Positions 17,721 to 27,000 of a DNA stretch of 64,000 nucleotides are shown here, in pieces. Position 1 is the first letter of the stretch. Each line of letters starts with the position of its first letter. Source of the stretch: a virus. A program made the translations under genes and the position numbers. The DNA lies in the IMG/VR virus record IMGVR_UViG_3300021405_000009, positions 1 to 64,000 of that record. The stretch is one strand, 5' to 3'. The notes under the pieces were generated by a model. It saw nothing but the letters and a program-made list of their open reading frames with translations, had not been told where the DNA came from and made no database searches.

Positions 17721-19808
17721 TTAGGCGTTCGAGCCGAAGCCAACATTGCCGGGCTCGCCGCCAACCGCTTCGGGTGTTTCGGTGGTTTCCAGGGTGTGCC
17801 GCAACACTTCGCGGCCCGCACGATCCATATTCTCAACGTCAACCAACTCCATCGCGTTCTGGTGTTTCTGTTGGAGCTGCTGACCTTGGGCTTGAATCAT
17901 CTGCCCCTGCCGCGCCTGCGCCTGCGCGCCGGGCTGCATCTGCATGAAGCGCTGTTTCTCCTGGTCGTCCATCTTCACGACCACGTCGTTGAAGTTCTTC
18001 CAGTCGGAGACTTCGAAGAACATGCGCATGATCTCGACCACATCGACGCGATAACCGGCGATGGCGAGCTGCTGAGTGGTTTGTTCGTTGGTCAGGAACT
18101 GCACCAGGATGGGCAGAGCCTGCGACATATTCTTGCGGGCCTGCATCTTCGAGGCCGCCAGGATCGAGAACTTGACGCGCGCATTCAGCAATCGCACCAG
18201 GTCGCCCGAGTCCTTCATGTACTCATGCTCCAGCTCTTCACCCAGGATGTAGCGCAGGGTAGCCACCGGCATGAGGGCGCGGTTGAGTTCGTGCGCCGAA
18301 TAGAGGAAGGGGATAATGACTTGGCCAGCCAACTTCTCAACGAAGTCGCTGGTCCGGTTGCCCGCGCCCGAAGTGAGCGCCGAGATCCCGGCCGCCGAGC
18401 GGGCGGCATTAGAGTGTCCACTGGCACCCGCGATACCCTGCGAGGCCATCTCGTTCGCGCCCGAGACTTGCTCGGCGCGCTGCTGCGACAGGCCCAGGTG
18501 TTGGGCCGCTTCCGGCACAGGCGGCAGACGTTCGAGGACTTTGAAGTCATCCTTATTATCGACCTCGACAATCTTGCCGGGGGCGATGCGGATGGACTGC
18601 GTGGGCACGCTCTTGCCGCGTACCCGAATGAATACGCCGTTCAGGTTCAGCGCGGCGTTGTCCAGCCAGAGGTTGGTCACGCCCTGTTGCAGGCGTTGTT
18701 CTGAGCCGATCGTCTTCGCCAGACCCATCGACCAGAAAGCTTCCGGAACATCCCACCAGCCCAGGCTGAGGAAGGGGATGATGCCGTAAGGATTGTCATC
18801 GTTGCAGATCACGAGCTTCTGCTGCAGCACGACGATGTATTGCTTCTCGTCCCAACGCTCCAGCACTTCGAGCGGCTGGTTGAAGGGGTCAACCGTGGTC
18901 TCTTCGAAGCGCGCTTCAGCGCGCGCGTCCCACAGCGGGTTGCGAACGGAGAGTTCTGAGAGCGCTGACTTAGCTTCTTCCTTGGGCGGGAAGAACAGCA
19001 TGAGCAGTTCTTCGCGGCTGGGGATGTTGAAGCCCGGCCGGTCGCGCATCTTGTCGAGCTGGTTCCAGGTCAGGTACTGCCGGTGGATGACATACTTCGC
19101 TTTGCGAATATCCGGGACGTTGAGTCCTGGGTCCACCAGCACATGGCGCAGGTTGACGATGTGTTCGAAGCTGGGGCGATCGACATACTCTTCGACCGTC
19201 TCCTCTTCTAGGTCTTCGTCATCGTCCGCGATCTGAATGTCGGGCGATCCCTGAATGGGACTGGGAAGTGTGAGTGGTTGGGTCTTGCGCCGGTAGATCT
19301 TGCGCTCGCGCGTGAAGGTCTCCCAGCCCCACTTCCATATTCCGGTGCCGAATAAAATTGTGTTGGTTACGCCGAGGCGTAGCTCTTCGCGGAAGTTGAT
19401 GTCTTCAAGCTGGTAGCCCAGAAGAGCGCCGACTGCGCGCGCCGCCATGGCCGTTGTTCCCGGCCGCTGCTGCACCATGAACGGCGGGTTCTCGTAGAAG
19501 AGCCCATTCAGAACTTGCGGGACAATCGAATTGGTCGCTGTCGCGACAGTGAAGAATGGGACATTGGCTCGCTCGGTCTGCGTACCTTCCCAGTAGCGAG
19601 CCGCGAAAGGCGACTGATATAAGGTTGCTGCGGTCGGCCATTGCATCACCCACTGCTTAGAGCCTTCGTAGTTCTCCGCGCGGATCGCGTCCTGCACCAC
19701 GAGCTGCAGGGCTGAATCGTCCGACCATAGGCCGGTATTCAGAGCGTGCAGCGCGGCTTCCGGGCGGAGTGGCCGCTGTAGATCTACGGCCGGTTTATCG
19801 AGTAACAC
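17721..19808 (-). CDS. Portal protein (P22-like)
   Basis: 695 aa; FGTGIWKWGW, VLVDP, NPYGIIPF, FWSMG, Gln-rich C-terminal barrel; next to TerL. Confidence 0.85.
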   Translation of the reverse strand: MLLDKPAVDLQRPLRPEAALHALNTGLWSDDSALQLVVQDAIRAENYEGSKQWVMQWPTAATLYQSPFAARYWEGTQTERANVPFFTVATATNSIVPQVLNGLFYENPPFMVQQRPGTTAMAARAVGALLGYQLEDINFREELRLGVTNTILFGTGIWKWGWETFTRERKIYRRKTQPLTLPSPIQGSPDIQIADDDEDLEEETVEEYVDRPSFEHIVNLRHVLVDPGLNVPDIRKAKYVIHRQYLTWNQLDKMRDRPGFNIPSREELLMLFFPPKEEAKSALSELSVRNPLWDARAEARFEETTVDPFNQPLEVLERWDEKQYIVVLQQKLVICNDDNPYGIIPFLSLGWWDVPEAFWSMGLAKTIGSEQRLQQGVTNLWLDNAALNLNGVFIRVRGKSVPTQSIRIAPGKIVEVDNKDDFKVLERLPPVPEAAQHLGLSQQRAEQVSGANEMASQGIAGASGHSNAARSAAGISALTSGAGNRTSDFVEKLAGQVIIPFLYSAHELNRALMPVATLRYILGEELEHEYMKDSGDLVRLLNARVKFSILAASKMQARKNMSQALPILVQFLTNEQTTQQLAIAGYRVDVVEIMRMFFEVSDWKNFNDVVVKMDDQEKQRFMQMQPGAQAQARQGQMIQAQGQQLQQKHQNAMELVDVENMDRAGREVLRHTLETTETPEAVGGEPGNVGFGSNA

Positions 19809-19820
19809 TGGCTGGCGTCC

Positions 19821-20027
19821 TTATGGGGTTGAGCTGTTCTTCTGGTCGTCGCGCTCCGCTTGTCGCCCCTGGGCGTGAGCTGCGGTGAGCAGTTCGTCGA
19901 GGCGGCTATTTAAGCTGAGATGGATCTCGGTGATGGACTTGCGGTTCCGCAGGTTCAAAAACAGAGACAGTAGCGACGCGATGGTCGGCGGGATGGCCGC
20001 GATGATGGCAACCCAGATGGGGATCAC
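19821..20027 (-). CDS. Small membrane-anchored protein (lysis accessory candidate)
   Basis: N-terminal TM followed by EIHLSLNSRLDEL coiled coil. Confidence 0.55.
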   Translation of the reverse strand: MIPIWVAIIAAIPPTIASLLSLFLNLRNRKSITEIHLSLNSRLDELLTAAHAQGRQAERDDQKNSSTP

Positions 20028-20573
20028 TTACGAGCGGCCAGAAGGGATACTGGCCTTGCCTTCAGGAACTTCTTTGACGCGGGTCTGGCTGTAGCCTTTG
20101 GCTTCAATCATCCCAGTTGCGAGGTTCACGCTTTCCGGAATAGAAATCTCGCCGCCCTCTTGATTGGCTTCGCCCTTGTTCACGCGAACCGGGAAGGCTG
20201 AGGCGATCTTTCCAGATCGTCCACCACTCTCCCAACTCGTCGGGCTGCCAGAACCTTTCGGGCCAGGGCCGCCGTCTTCGAGATGGCGCGGGCCACACTG
20301 GTTTTCGCTTTGCGAGGCCAGCATGTCAGTGCCTTCGGCAGTGCCATGAGCGCCGCTCTGGCCGGTAGCGTCATCCACATCGGCGACCGGAAAGTCCGAG
20401 CCCTTGGTCTTATAAGGATCGAACTGCATGGGGGTCATCGGAACGAGGTCGTCTTTACCGCCACCGTCCGAACTCTGGCCGTGGCCTTCCGTCACGCCGC
20501 CCTTGCGCGCGCCGCTGGGACCTTGGTTGACCTTCTCGTTGTTCATATTCTTTGGAGCCTTACTCTGTGCCAT
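20028..20573 (-). CDS. Disordered Gly/Ser/Lys-rich hypothetical protein
   Basis: In operon, AAGGA RBS. Confidence 0.55.
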   Translation of the reverse strand: MAQSKAPKNMNNEKVNQGPSGARKGGVTEGHGQSSDGGGKDDLVPMTPMQFDPYKTKGSDFPVADVDDATGQSGAHGTAEGTDMLASQSENQCGPRHLEDGGPGPKGSGSPTSWESGGRSGKIASAFPVRVNKGEANQEGGEISIPESVNLATGMIEAKGYSQTRVKEVPEGKASIPSGRS

Positions 20574-20599
20574 TCTTGTGTTCCTTTGTTAATAGATCG

Positions 20600-22606
20600 T
20601 TATCCGCAAATGCCGCTGCCTAAGATCGGGTCCAGGCCAGGGGCTTGTACTTCGGCCGGTGGGCCTGTCTCAGGTCCCGGCGCAACTATGGGGTTGGGTA
20701 AGGCTTGCGTCTGCCACTCTAGCTGCCCGGTTTGGGCGTTGTGCTCCAGCAGAAAGCCGGTGAAGGGTGACGCATAGCCTTCCTCGAACATCAAGTGCCA
20801 GGCGGCGTCGGCGCGCGTGCCCGTGGGCATGTCGCTGGTCCGAATCAAGCTCGCCATCGCAGGCGCGTACTTGGGCTGCCGCGAGATCACGTCCGGAATG
20901 TCGTCGTGATGGTGGCTATGCAGGCAGCGTTCAAATTCGCTGTAGAGCGCATCGAGATGCGGCAGGTAGGCGGCAAACTTCAGGCGATCGTTCATCAACC
21001 AGGGATGCAGGGTTGCCATCCGCATCTTCTTCGAGTCTTTCTGGTTGTCGGGGATCACCCAATCGATCTTGCTGCATACGGCAATGACTTGGGGCTGGCC
21101 GGTCCGTTGAGCCTCGGCGATGATCGCAGGCTCAAGGAACCTCGAACCACCAGCGTCTTCCACGCCAATCACAAATGGCCGCCACTTCATCGCGAAGTCC
21201 ACAACGGCCTTGGCTAGATCGTTATGGAGGAAGCGGCCACGGATAAGATCAGTGATGAAGCACTGGCCTTTATCGTTCCATACGGCGCATGACGCAGTAG
21301 AGTAATCTCGTCCTTTTTTCTTGCTGAACGCGAAGTCCCAGGTTTGAGAGATCGGGCCACGGAATGGCATGTCTTGAAATGCCACCGTGTTCTTGACCAG
21401 CAAGGTTCTCGGGAACGGCGTACTGCTAGCCGGTCGAGGGTTTTGGTTGTATTGTCCCTCGAACGAGAGTTCGTCACGCGCCTGCTCTTGACGCAGGAAC
21501 GAATACGTTAAACTTTCCGGGAAGAGGAGATCGTAATGCTCCTCGGTAAGGGCGGCATAGGTCAGCACTCCCGTTTCGAGCTGACGAACAAAATCTGGCT
21601 TAATCTCCCACGCCCGGCCGATCAGAATCTTCAGGCCGGTGGTAAGGTTCTCGACGCGCTCCCAACAGGGGCCAGTCTCGCGCCGCAGGTCACCGACATT
21701 TTTTTCGATGATCTCGCCGTAGTAGTCTTCGTCGGCATAGCGCGTGCCGATCGCATCGAAGTAGCCGTAAGGCCGCAGCATTTTACGAATGCTGAGGTTG
21801 ATCTGCTTGATGACTTTCTTGCACTGGTCTTCGTTCTCGGAGTTGCGGTTCGAGATCACGTCATCGCCCTTGATGACTTCGAAGTGCAAGCCTGACAGCG
21901 TGGCCGTAATCGAGGCCGACATCACCGTGCGCTCGCGGCGCACTTTGCCCTGGCGTCGCCACACCGGGCAGGTAAACTCCATGCGGGCTTCCGCGCCAAG
22001 TTCTTTTTCGGTGATGCAGAACTCAGGGAAGAACAGGTTCATCAGGCTTTTTTCGTAGAGATGCTCCACGAAGTGGCCTTTGGTCTCATCCACGAACCCG
22101 ACCGCTAAATCGTCGGCAGCCGTCAGAAACAGCACGCGGATGTTGGGGAAGTTCAAGATCCATTGCACGGTGTCATAGACATCGATCGTGCTCTTCATGG
22201 AGCCGCGTGGATACAGCACCATGCGCTCCTTGCAGAACTTATCCTGCTCGGCAACGCTCTTCGAGTCATCCTTCTTTACGAACATATCGCATAGGCGGCG
22301 ATGCACGTGTTCGAGGATGAGGTTATCTTTGAACTGTTTCCCGGCGCTCTCCGGGTTGGTTTCCCAGAGGATGTAGCGCGAGAGGAAGTAGAGATCAGCT
22401 TTTGAGCGGCGGCGCGTCTCGATCGCGAAGTCCTGAGTGAGTAGCCACTTCAGGTACTCTTCGAGTCCCAGGGTCTCGCGCTTGACGCCGAGCGCCAGGC
22501 GCGCCTGCTTCTCGGCAACCGCGAGGTACAACTCATTATCTGGGATCTGTTCTGGGGACCCGTATCGGGCTTTCAGTTCAGCCCACGGCGTCATCTGTTC
22601 CGGCAT
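20600..22606 (-). CDS. terL: Terminase large subunit
   Basis: PRGSMKST Walker A, IKGDD Walker B, GTRY coupling motif, QYNQNP, RNase H-like WDFA..DYS and HDDIPD. Confidence 0.9.
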   Translation of the reverse strand: MPEQMTPWAELKARYGSPEQIPDNELYLAVAEKQARLALGVKRETLGLEEYLKWLLTQDFAIETRRRSKADLYFLSRYILWETNPESAGKQFKDNLILEHVHRRLCDMFVKKDDSKSVAEQDKFCKERMVLYPRGSMKSTIDVYDTVQWILNFPNIRVLFLTAADDLAVGFVDETKGHFVEHLYEKSLMNLFFPEFCITEKELGAEARMEFTCPVWRRQGKVRRERTVMSASITATLSGLHFEVIKGDDVISNRNSENEDQCKKVIKQINLSIRKMLRPYGYFDAIGTRYADEDYYGEIIEKNVGDLRRETGPCWERVENLTTGLKILIGRAWEIKPDFVRQLETGVLTYAALTEEHYDLLFPESLTYSFLRQEQARDELSFEGQYNQNPRPASSTPFPRTLLVKNTVAFQDMPFRGPISQTWDFAFSKKKGRDYSTASCAVWNDKGQCFITDLIRGRFLHNDLAKAVVDFAMKWRPFVIGVEDAGGSRFLEPAIIAEAQRTGQPQVIAVCSKIDWVIPDNQKDSKKMRMATLHPWLMNDRLKFAAYLPHLDALYSEFERCLHSHHHDDIPDVISRQPKYAPAMASLIRTSDMPTGTRADAAWHLMFEEGYASPFTGFLLEHNAQTGQLEWQTQALPNPIVAPGPETGPPAEVQAPGLDPILGSGICG

Positions 22607-22609
22607 TCG

Positions 22610-22804
22610 TTATTTCTTTTTCGGCAGGACGCGCTTGAGGCGCGGGTTACTTTTCTTCGCCGCAGGCGATGCCTTGCGGGTGGCGGCGGCCAATACGGCG
22701 GCCGGATTCTTGATGCCTGAGCGTTTGCCGATCTTCGCGGCGGCGGCGGTGAAGCCGGGGTGTGCTTTGGTTTGACCTTTACCCATCTCTGATGCTGCGG
22801 CCAT
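22610..22804 (-). CDS. Small Lys/Ala-rich basic protein
   Basis: HPGFTAAAAKI...ASPAAKKSNPRLKRV. Confidence 0.6.
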   Translation of the reverse strand: MAAASEMGKGQTKAHPGFTAAAAKIGKRSGIKNPAAVLAAATRKASPAAKKSNPRLKRVLPKKK

Positions 22805-22806
22805 GT

Positions 22807-23265
22807 CTATCCCATTTCCTTTTGTGCTTGAGTAAGTGCGATTGCAATGGCCTGCTTCGGGTTACTAACCTTCGGGCCTTTCTTGCTCCCACTGTGTAGC
22901 GTGCCCGCTTTGAACTCGCCCATGGTCTTCTTGACTTTGCTCTTGGCTCGGGGCGACTTCGGCGCTTTCTTCTTGCCAGCGCCCAGGCTGGCGGCAGCGC
23001 CCTTGGTGAGGATGTGTTCGCCCTTGTGAACCTTCGCCCAACCGGTTCGCTTTACGCGTCCGCCTCGGCGAAAGGTTGCGGGCAGCGCCATGCGCACGCC
23101 AGGGCTGGGGGCATCACGCACCGGCCGCATCGCCGTGCCGAAAGGCTGGTCCGGCTTTTCTGGGCCGACACGCCCGCCTAACACTGGTTTTTGAATCGGG
23201 TTCACCGGAGCGGGTGCGCCGGTCGTAGACTTGAATTGGTTCAAGGCACTCCAGAGGTTCGGCAC
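22807..23265 (-). CDS. Basic protein with DUF6496-like C-terminus
   Basis: KVKKTMGEFKAGTLHSGSKKGPKVSNPKQAIAIAL. Confidence 0.65.
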   Translation of the reverse strand: MPNLWSALNQFKSTTGAPAPVNPIQKPVLGGRVGPEKPDQPFGTAMRPVRDAPSPGVRMALPATFRRGGRVKRTGWAKVHKGEHILTKGAAASLGAGKKKAPKSPRAKSKVKKTMGEFKAGTLHSGSKKGPKVSNPKQAIAIALTQAQKEMG

Positions 23266-23577
23266 TTACATGGCCTGCGGCTGAGGTTGAGCGCCCTGGG
23301 CCTGGGGTTGCATGTTGTCGCCCACGTGTTGCTGCAGCGCGTCCATGTCAGGCACCGCGTGCTCTTCCGGCTCCTGCGGCATACCGCCGCCGCCGCCCTG
23401 CTGGGCAGGCTGGGGCTTGAAGTGATGTTTCACGATGAAGCCGCCGCTCTTGGCATGGCGAATGTGCATCTCGTGAACGGGCTTGCCGCCCTTCTTTGCT
23501 TTCGACTTGGGCTTCGACTTCGACTTCGACTTCTTTTTGCCGCCCATGGCGGAACCTACGCGGTCTTGATTGCGCAT
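23266..23577 (-). CDS. Small basic His/Gln-rich protein
   Basis: KKKSKSKSKPKSK, HEMHIRHAKSGGFIVKHH. Confidence 0.6.
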   Translation of the reverse strand: MRNQDRVGSAMGGKKKSKSKSKPKSKAKKGGKPVHEMHIRHAKSGGFIVKHHFKPQPAQQGGGGGMPQEPEEHAVPDMDALQQHVGDNMQPQAQGAQPQPQAM

Positions 23578-23599
23578 CTTCGTATCCTTCTATTGAGTG

Positions 23600-23995
23600 T
23601 TAGGTCCCGACGAAAGCGACCGTGATGGGGCCGATGGTTCCCGTGGCCGTGGGCGTCCCACTTAACACACATGAGGTTCCTGTGGAAGTGAGAGCCAACC
23701 AGCTTGGAAGCGTGCCTGCCGAGAGCGTGCAGGTGACTGAGGTCTTCGGTCCAACCGTCAGCAAGGTAACGCTGTAGGGCGTGCCGAGAGAGATGGTGGG
23801 TAGAGGACAGACGGTAAACGCTGGCGATGGTCCAGGCTGGCAACTGGTGGTGCCGACCGTTACGGGCGCGAATCCCCAGACGGCCGCAGAGAACTGGCCG
23901 CTTAGAGTTACTGTGCCAGTGGCTTGCGCAACAGCCTGTCCATGACCGAAGGCAGTGAAGGCGAATAAGGCGATGACGAGCAAATACTTTCTCAT
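23600..23995 (-). CDS. Secreted Ig-like (He_PIG-type) protein
   Basis: Signal peptide MRKYLLVIALFAFTAFG; LPT..LGTPYSVTL..GTLPSWLAL..LSGTPTATG. Confidence 0.65.
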   Translation of the reverse strand: MRKYLLVIALFAFTAFGHGQAVAQATGTVTLSGQFSAAVWGFAPVTVGTTSCQPGPSPAFTVCPLPTISLGTPYSVTLLTVGPKTSVTCTLSAGTLPSWLALTSTGTSCVLSGTPTATGTIGPITVAFVGT

Positions 23996-24006
23996 GTTAC
24001 CTCTTC

Positions 24007-27000
24007 CTAGTGATCTGCGAACGGGCCTGGGCTTCCGCACGGTGTGGCGCAAACGTATTGGTTGAGAACTTCGGCAGCCAGGGTAGAGGTTGGGTTAAAG
24101 CCAAGATCAGTTCCGTCGGTGGCTTGGTGTGCCGATCCCGCAGCATACAGACTAGCTTTGCTGTTACACGAAGCGTCGGTTGACTTACATAGACGGTACT
24201 GCGTCCAGTCGCTCACAATGATGGGGAAGGATGCGGCACTCATCGCCGCCAGCACGCCCGCGCAGTTTCCCGTCGCTGGGTCGTTGCCGGAACAGAACGA
24301 TGCCGGGACGCCGTAGAGTGTCGCGGGGGTTACTGCGACATACGCCGGAGTGTACTCGGTGTAGCAGGCCGCCATGCCACCGGCGCTCGGAGAGCCGTGG
24401 CCAGGGCAGGTCACAGAGCCGTCCACCGAGGGAAGCAGCGTGTTGTTGAACTGCATCGAGACCGGATCGTACATTCGGGTTGAGGTTCGCGTGCCCGCTC
24501 CGGCCGTGGAACTCAATCCACCATTGATGAGAATGCTGTTGGTGATCGTGAAATTACGCGCCAGTGGGAAGATGTTTGTGCCGCCGTTGGCCGAGTTCGA
24601 TGGATTGTTCTGGCTCAGCGGATCGTCGATCATCGTGATGTGCGAGAAGGCGTAGTAGTTTGGCCAGCCCTGCGCGCTAGATAGCGTGCAACCTGTAACG
24701 CCTGAGCCCGCCCCGCCTACACCCGGATTCGAGTACACGACGGTCAAGCCATTCAGCAGGGTGCCAGTCAGCGCCGGTGGCCCCATGACGTTGTTGCCGA
24801 CGTTGAAGCTTGTGTCGGAGCATCCCGTCACTGTGATCGGATCGCCGACCGCGATGTCGCTTACTCCCAACCCTGAAGCCGCAGTCAGCGTGAGTGTGGT
24901 AACGAACCCGGTTGGGTCGCGTAGTGGAGCTACGGCCCAGGTATTTCCCGGCACCGATGAGCCAATCCGCCAGCCGTATTGCGGAGTCGCGCCCGCGCAG
25001 GAATTTGACGTGAGGTTGCTATTCGGATTTCCCAGGAAGAACACGCTGGCGTTGTAGACCAGCCAGTTCGACCCGAAGAAGATCTCGTTGGGGAGCGATA
25101 CTCCGCCACCATTGCCACCGCCCGCATCAGACCTATCTCCAAGACTGGGACCATTGCAGGAGTTGCGCGCGACGATGTTCGTCACCGTCACGTTGTCAAG
25201 GGTTGTCCAGGTGTTCGTGGAGAGCACGCCGGAAGAAGTCTGCGCGGTCTTATGCGAGAAGTCGGTACCGTTTTGTGCTCCCGCATTGGTCACGTTCTCG
25301 TAGATGTTCCCGTCTTCAAGAACTCGCTCGCCAAACTTGTATTCGTGAGCGTTCTTACGCGTGTAGCCGTTGGTCACACTTGCATTCGGGAAGTAGCCGG
25401 TGCCGATGTTGACCGTGCCACTTGTGCCTGATCCGCCAGTTACACTAAGTCCGTTCGCCGGAAAGTATCCCGTGCCAGCCGTGGTCACCGTTACCGCCGT
25501 GATCGTTCCACCCGCGCCAACCGCTGTAATGGTTCCAGTTCCGCTGCTGCCACCAGTCTGTACCACCGTGATGACATCGTTGACCAGGTATCCGGAGCCG
25601 GTGCCAGCGCTTCCGTTCTTTGAGATCTGCCGAATGATCGGGACGTTCTCCGCCAGCATCCACGAATAAGGATAGGTGTAGCGGTTCGCGCGGTCTTCTT
25701 CGTCCTGGCAGGTCACGAAGTTGGTGAAGCTGATGGCGTTCGAGAACCCGCCGCAAAGCTTGCCGATCGCCTGCCCTTCGACCCAGTTGTGGGTGTACTT
25801 CGTCTGCTGCGCCAGCAAGGCTGAGATGGCGTGACCTTCGCTGCCTGGCCGGATGGCCTTGTCCATATAGACATAGACCACAGAGCAGTAAACGCAACCA
25901 TTGAAGGCAACCAGGCTCGGTAAAGAGTTCGCGCCCGTGGGCGCGCCGGTAGCAATGCACGTGCTCGGGCAGCCGCTCATCGGGGCGTCGGTCCAGTCCC
26001 CGTGCAGATAGCTGTAAGCCAGGTGGATATGCGTCGGCAGTTGGGTTTGAATCGTCTCGGTGTTCTGCCCCATGGCGAAGGGCGCGGACGATCCCACTAA
26101 CCCAGCTTGCGGCCGTAGTTCGGCATTCAGGACTGCGAAGTGATGCGGCCCGACGTTGTTGATGTCCCAGGTCGCGGACTGAATGGCGTTGCAACTGTTG
26201 GCCGTGCATTCGATGGTGTACATCGAAGCGATGTCGTTATAAGCCGACGTGTTGGTCGCGGTACCATTGGCCAGCGTAAACGCGCCCGATGAAACTGCGT
26301 TGATCGTCGTACCCAGTTGGTACGACATGTTGGCCCCAGTGCATCCCAGGTTGCGGATTCCTGGCTGGGTAGCCAAGACAATGTTGTCTTCGACTCCGTG
26401 CGAGCACGCAGTCTGCCCCGGCGTCAGTGGGCTGGTCGAGGTCAGAACGATGAAGTTCGTCGAAGTGTCGCCAGCGGTCTGGGGAAGAGTAATTCCATTT
26501 GCGCCGGTGTACAGCGCCGGAGGAATCGCGATCGTCGTTCCACTACCGTTCGCCGTCCGGCACGACTCCGCATCATTCACCGCCTGCTGCAAACTCGACT
26601 GACTGGCTGCCGTATAAGGGCCGTAATTTGTCGCGCCACAGGTCCACGATCCCCCGGTACTCGATGCCGGGAAGTTGATCGTGTTCGTCGTGGTGCCGTT
26701 GTACTCAGTGTTATTCACCCAAGTCAGCGGCAACTGCGGGGCCTGGAAGGTGGAAGTAACTGCGGTGTTCACCCTCAGCGTCAAGCTGCAGGGTAGATTG
26801 TTGTCCACCGTGAGCGTGCAAGGTGGGCTGGAGAATCCCGCATTCACATAGGGCAGGCTGGCCGTTTGCGTCAGCGTTACAACCGTGCCGTTGGCAAAGC
26901 TCGGAGTGCAGGTCGGCGGGCAAACAATTCCGCCAGGATTGATCGTCGTGGTCCCGGTCCCGGCAGGCGTGACGTTGAGAGTCGGCGTGACGGTCGAGAA

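Noticed and set aside
17796-18704. 302-aa ORF antisense to portal (also 7299-8033, 36892-37767, 60662-61492)
   Set aside because: In-register antisense shadows of well-supported genes
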